A DNA stretch of 64,000 nt. Origin: Alphaproteobacteria bacterium. Lineage in GTDB: Bacteria; Pseudomonadota; Alphaproteobacteria; GCA-2731375. The stretch is taken from assembly GCA_965232515.1 (NCBI GenBank), contig CBDDPY010000002.1:5344001-5408000 (forward strand), given 5' to 3'. Below are positions 59,981 through 64,000 of this stretch, one piece after another. The position numbers and the translations under genes are program-made. How positions within the stretch are numbered: the stretch's first letter is position 1; every line of letters starts with the position of its first letter. Under the pieces are notes generated by a model. The model was not told the origin of the DNA, made no database searches, and was given only the letters and a program-made list of their open reading frames with translations.

Positions 59981-60007
59981 CGTGGTTGGGGGTGCGATGC
60001 CCGGAAG

Positions 60008-60781
60008 TTAGCTAGCCCCGGCCTTGCTCAGCGCCTTCGCGACCTGCTTGATCTGGTGGCCGACGGAGACCGGCATCATCGAGGTGATCTCCAGGTCGCG
60101 GTCCTCGTAGGCGTCGGCCTCGGTATGCTTCCGCCGCCAGTCTTCGATGGCTGCGTCGCGCTGGTGCAGCAGCTGCTCGATCTGCGGCCGGAACAGCACC
60201 AGCATAGCCGTGACCCAACGGTTAGTCGGCCATGACGGCCAGGCATGGTCCATGGCGAAACGGTCGAGCAGCCGGATCACGTCGTCGGCTTCATAGAAAG
60301 ACTCGCCCGTGACCCAGCGGTTGGTCGTGAACAGGTGGGTCGGGAAGCCTTTCTTGTCCATCGAGATCGCGATGAGATGGCTGAGGCGTTCGTCGCCCGT
60401 CGGCCACTCGGCCTCACCGTCGTAGGCGACGGGATCGACGCCGGACGGCATGCCCTTCTGGCGCAGAAACGTATGGAAATGGCCGTGCTCGCCCTGTGCG
60501 CCGCGATGGGCGTGATAGTAGTACTGCGAGTGGGTCTCTTTGTCGTAGACATCGCCCTCGGGATAATGGTCCCACTCATAGAAGGTGCCCTGTCCCTTCA
60601 GCACCTCGCCGACGATGTTGGCGTCCACCTTGGTCAATACCCGATAGCACTCGAGCACTTCCTCGCCGGCCTGCCGCATCGCCGTCAGGCGCGCGACCGA
60701 CAGCTCGTCGAAGAGGGATCTCGGCCGGCTCTTGGCCGCCCCGGTCTCGTTCGCCTGCACGATTTCGATCTGTCCTTCCAT
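60008..60781 (-). CDS. His-rich conserved hypothetical protein (DUF6969-like)
   Basis: WDHYP..DVYD, YYYHAHR, EHGHFHTF, LFTTNRWVTGE; TGATG coupling to the upstream gene. Confidence 0.7.
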   Translation of the reverse strand: MEGQIEIVQANETGAAKSRPRSLFDELSVARLTAMRQAGEEVLECYRVLTKVDANIVGEVLKGQGTFYEWDHYPEGDVYDKETHSQYYYHAHRGAQGEHGHFHTFLRQKGMPSGVDPVAYDGEAEWPTGDERLSHLIAISMDKKGFPTHLFTTNRWVTGESFYEADDVIRLLDRFAMDHAWPSWPTNRWVTAMLVLFRPQIEQLLHQRDAAIEDWRRKHTEADAYEDRDLEITSMMPVSVGHQIKQVAKALSKAGAS

Positions 60782-61632
60782 CACTCCCTCACCAACCTGA
60801 ACCCGATAAGAATATGTTTCAAGGCCTCGGGGCGGGAATGCCGGGCCGCGGGCCGGCAGACGCCGCAGCCGCTGTCGTCCCAGGAACCGCCCTTGACCGT
60901 GTAACGGCCGGCGCCCGCCGCGGTCGCGGTCCACTCGAACACCTGACCGGCCGCGTCGAGCAGGCCGAAGGGACTGGCGCCGTCGGGAAAGCTGCCGACC
61001 GGCATGGTGTCGAAGGGACCGGCGTCGTGGCTGTTCAGCCTCGCCGGTGTGAAGACATCGCCCCAGGGAAAACGCCGCCCGTCCACGCCGCGTGCCGCTT
61101 TCTCCCACTCCGTCTCGCTCGGCAGCCGCCAGGTTTGCCCGGTGCGTTCTGACAGCCAGGCCGCATAGTCCCGCGCGTCGGCGTGGCTGACCAGCACGAC
61201 CGGATGGTCGGCCCGACCCGCCGGCGGTCGGCCGTTTTGCCAGGCGTGACGCCGCGTCCGCTCGAAGGGATGGATCAGGCCATAGCCTTGCCAGACATCG
61301 GGCTGGACATCCGGCGCGCGGTGGCCGGTTTCGGCCACGAAGGCCGCGTACTGGGCATTGGTGATCGGCGTTCGGGTGATCGCGAAGGCTTCCGTCGTGG
61401 CGGTCGCACGAGCCGCCTCGCGGTCGTACCACTTCCACTGCCGGGTCCGAGTGTGTCCGTAAGCCTGCTCGTCCAGGCGATAGCCGGCCTCGCGTTCGAA
61501 GCTGTCGGAACCCATGACGAACGGGCCCGCTGGCACCTCGACCACCGCCGGAATCCCATCGTCGGCCAATGAAGCTCCAGCAAGGCCCAGGCCCAAGATC
61601 ATCAATGCCGGCAAATATCCGCGCACCCGCAA
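60781..61632 (-). CDS. Formylglycine-generating enzyme (SUMF1/FGE-sulfatase) family protein, secreted
   Basis: HPVVLVS, RLPSETEWEKAARG, GQVFEW, KGGSW, CGVCR, IGFRL; start uncertain. Confidence 0.9.
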   Translation of the reverse strand: MRVRGYLPALMILGLGLAGASLADDGIPAVVEVPAGPFVMGSDSFEREAGYRLDEQAYGHTRTRQWKWYDREAARATATTEAFAITRTPITNAQYAAFVAETGHRAPDVQPDVWQGYGLIHPFERTRRHAWQNGRPPAGRADHPVVLVSHADARDYAAWLSERTGQTWRLPSETEWEKAARGVDGRRFPWGDVFTPARLNSHDAGPFDTMPVGSFPDGASPFGLLDAAGQVFEWTATAAGAGRYTVKGGSWDDSGCGVCRPAARHSRPEALKHILIGFRLVRE

Positions 61633-61810
61633 TACCCTTGTTTACACATCGGGCCCAAATCCATCGGCGGCCCGTTCTAAGTATAGGAAGCATCGGCCGT
61701 GCTGCATCGCAGCATCACAGACTGTTGAGTGAACTTGACTGGTCTGCCGGGGGCAAACGTAGTCCCCTTAAACGACCAGAAAATCACAAGTTCTGACAGG
61801 AGGCCGGCTC

Positions 61811-63247
61811 ATGCGAGCCCATCGATCAAAACTGCTTTCAACGACTGTTATCCATATGTGTTTCGGTGCCGGCCTTGCCGCGGGTAGCGCCCTGGCGATG
61901 GCGCAAGCGGCGACGGCGGCGGGCACGACGACTGGGCTTGCCAATCCCGATGCCGTCGCCAAACCGACGGCCGGTCTGATCCGCCTCGCGGCCTGCAATC
62001 CGTGCGCGGCCAAGGCATGTAATCCCTGCGCCGCCAAGGCCTGTAATCCTTGTGCGGCGAAGGCTTGCAACCCGTGTGCCGCCAAGGCCTGCAATCCCTG
62101 TGCGGCGAAGGCGTGCAACCCCTGCGCGGCCAAAGCCTGCAACCCGTGCAGTCCGTGTGCGGCCAAGGCTTGCAATCCATGCAATCCCTGCCGTGCGGCG
62201 GCGGCTTGTAATCCCTGCAACCCGTGCAATCCCTGCAACCCGTGCGCGGGCGGTGCGGCTTCGGTCTCGGCCAAGTGTCAGGTGCCGCGCCTGGTGACAG
62301 CGGCGCTGTGCAACCCGTGCGCGGCCAAGGCCTGCAACCCCTGTGCGGCGAAGGCGTGCAATCCTTGCGCCGCGAAAGCCTGTAACCCGTGTGCCGCAAA
62401 GGCCTGCAACCCTTGCGCTGCCAAGGCCTGTAACCCCTGCGCGGCCAAAGCTTGCAACCCGTGCGCCGCGAAGGCGTGCAATCCATGTGCAGCCAAGGCC
62501 TGCAACCCTTGCGCCGCGAAGGCCTGCAACCCGTGTGCGGCCAAGGCCTGCAATCCGTGCCGCGTGGCCAAGGCCTGCAATCCCTGCGCGGCCAAAGCTT
62601 GCAACCCGTGCAATCCGTGTGCGGCCAAGAAGGCCTGCAATCCGTGCAACCCCTGCGCGGCCAAGGCCTGCAACCCCTGCAATCCGTGTGCGGCAAATGC
62701 CTGCAATCCTTGCAACCCGTGCGGACCTTGCGGCGCGGCCGAGGCGCCGGAGCTGAGCACCGCCGAAGTGCGGGCGGCCTACGACTGCCTGCGCGGCGAG
62801 ATGGTCGCGGGCTATGCCAAGTCGGGCATGCAGACCGCCAGCTTCTACAAGGACTGGGCGATCTACAACTCCCAGCCCTACGTCTCCGACACGCATGGCG
62901 GCCGGTTCGTCAACAACTACACCAATGTCGTCGGCAGCCAGAAGTACGGCAAGTACGAGGACGCCGGCCGCATGCCGGTGGGCGCGATGATGGCGAAGGA
63001 CAGCTTCGTCGTGCGCCCGGACGGCAAGATGGCCTCGGGTCCGTTGTTCCTCATGGAGAAGATGCCGGCCGGCTTCAACAAGGAAAGCGGCAACTGGCGC
63101 TACACCATGGTCATGGCGGACGGCGCCGTGTTCGGCACCACCAACGGCCAGGGCTCGAACAACGTGAAGTTCTGCATCGAATGCCACGCGGCGGTGGCGG
63201 AAGATCAGGACAGCGTGTTCTTCCTGCCGGAGGAGTATCGGAACTAG
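61811..63247 (+). CDS. Cytochrome P460-family protein with a long Cys-rich (CNPCAAKA)n N-terminal region
   Basis: AGGAGG RBS, signal-like N-terminus, repeats, then [29 protein letters not shown] and CIECH near the C-terminus. Confidence 0.82.
   Translation: MRAHRSKLLSTTVIHMCFGAGLAAGSALAMAQAATAAGTTTGLANPDAVAKPTAGLIRLAACNPCAAKACNPCAAKACNPCAAKACNPCAAKACNPCAAKACNPCAAKACNPCSPCAAKACNPCNPCRAAAACNPCNPCNPCNPCAGGAASVSAKCQVPRLVTAALCNPCAAKACNPCAAKACNPCAAKACNPCAAKACNPCAAKACNPCAAKACNPCAAKACNPCAAKACNPCAAKACNPCAAKACNPCRVAKACNPCAAKACNPCNPCAAKKACNPCNPCAAKACNPCNPCAANACNPCNPCGPCGAAEAPELSTAEVRAAYDCLRGEMVAGYAKSGMQTASFYKDWAIYNSQPYVSDTHGGRFVNNYTNVVGSQKYGKYEDAGRMPVGAMMAKDSFVVRPDGKMASGPLFLMEKMPAGFNKESGNWRYTMVMADGAVFGTTNGQGSNNVKFCIECHAAVAEDQDSVFFLPEEYRN
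61994..62731 (+). repeat. Coding 24-nt tandem repeats (CNPCAAKA) in two blocks
   Basis: 6 perfect peptide units from 61994 and 10 from 62309, followed by NPC expansions; third codon positions vary. Confidence 0.95.
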
Positions 63248-63301
63248 TTGGCGGTTCGGGCGGCTGGATGTACCGGCCGCCCGCCCTGCCGATCACGGGA
63301 G

Positions 63302-63328
63302 AAAGCGGCGTTTCGACGCCGCTTTTTT
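63302..63328 (+). terminator. Rho-independent terminator
   Basis: aaagcggcgt-ttcg-acgccgcttt with T run. Confidence 0.85.
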
Positions 63329-63390
63329 CATTGTCGACGGCGCGGGACAGGTAGACTTCGTCGAACCAAACAACAGACGAGGCCGATGCC

Positions 63391-63999
63391 GTGGCGACTG
63401 TGACGTTCTATTTCGACTGTTCCAGCCCCTGGACCTATCTGGGCTTTCATCGTTTTCTGCCGCTCGCCGACGAACTTGGCGTGACCGTCGACTGGCGGCC
63501 GATCCTGGTTGGCGGCGTGTTCAACACGGTCAATCCCAGCGTCTATCAGAGCCGCGAGAACCCGGTCCCGGCGAAGCAGGCCTATATGCTCAAGGACCTG
63601 CAGGACTGGGCCCGCTTTACCGGTATCGAGATCGTCTGGCCGCCCGGCATCTTTCCGATCAACAGCGTCAAGGCCATGCGCGGCTGCATCCACGCCGACC
63701 GGCAGGGCCGCCTGGTGCCGTTCGCGACGGCGGTGTTCGAGGCCTATTGGGGCGCCGATCGCGATATCGCCAACGAGGCCGTGTTGTCCGAGCTCGCGAC
63801 GACGGCCGGGCTCGATGCCGACGCGTTGCTGGCGGCCATCGCGTCGCCCGACATCAAACAGGCGCTGCGCGAGAACACCGACGAACTGATCGGGCGCGGC
63901 GGCTTCGGCACGCCGACGATCTTCATCGACGACGATATGTATTTCGGCAACGACCGCCTGCCGCTGATCCGCGCCGCGCTTGAACGCGCGGCCGCTTGA
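63391..63999 (+). CDS. 2-hydroxychromene-2-carboxylate isomerase / DsbA-like (GST-kappa) protein
   Basis: FYFDCSSPWTY, WRPILVGG, GGFGTPT, FGNDRL. Confidence 0.9.
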   Translation: MATVTFYFDCSSPWTYLGFHRFLPLADELGVTVDWRPILVGGVFNTVNPSVYQSRENPVPAKQAYMLKDLQDWARFTGIEIVWPPGIFPINSVKAMRGCIHADRQGRLVPFATAVFEAYWGADRDIANEAVLSELATTAGLDADALLAAIASPDIKQALRENTDELIGRGGFGTPTIFIDDDMYFGNDRLPLIRAALERAAA

Positions 64000-64000
64000 G

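Noticed and set aside
60008-61693. 561-aa ORF or frameshifted FGE-DUF fusion
   Set aside because: Two separate genes with a TGATG overlap and an internal RBS (GAGGGAG) explain the region.
61994-62731. 24-nt repeats as a CRISPR array or multiheme cytochrome
   Set aside because: The units are contiguous, in frame and vary mainly at synonymous sites, with no spacers or cas genes; the CxxC motifs lack the following His.

Overview
High-GC, probably alphaproteobacterial chromosomal window with about 60 protein genes, mostly transport, catabolism and redox. Identifications come from motif and family recognition by eye; no searches were run. Main points: (1) a five-gene periplasmic operon (17.5-23.4 kb) encoding a Rieske subunit, a divergent AioA/IdrA-like molybdoenzyme with an altered active-site segment, a diheme cytochrome c, a Tat cupredoxin-like protein and a single cytochrome c peroxidase, facing an ECF sigma/zinc anti-sigma pair across two matching GAAC-N17-CGTT promoters; (2) a cytochrome P460-family protein carrying about 60 cysteines in (CNPCAAKA)n repeats, divergent from an FGE-like and a His-rich gene; (3) a candidate sigma54/IHF-driven sRNA upstream of a catabolic (NpRdhA-like) reductive dehalogenase; (4) an IS30 element inserted inside a REP hairpin that supplies the transposase stop codon; (5) three families of intergenic palindromic repeats; (6) a SARP-AAA regulator module with a candidate operator motif recurring about 27 kb away. 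Also present: TRAP, Liv-type and fructose (frc) transporters, dgoKA, tag and msrB. No rRNA, tRNA or CRISPR array was seen.
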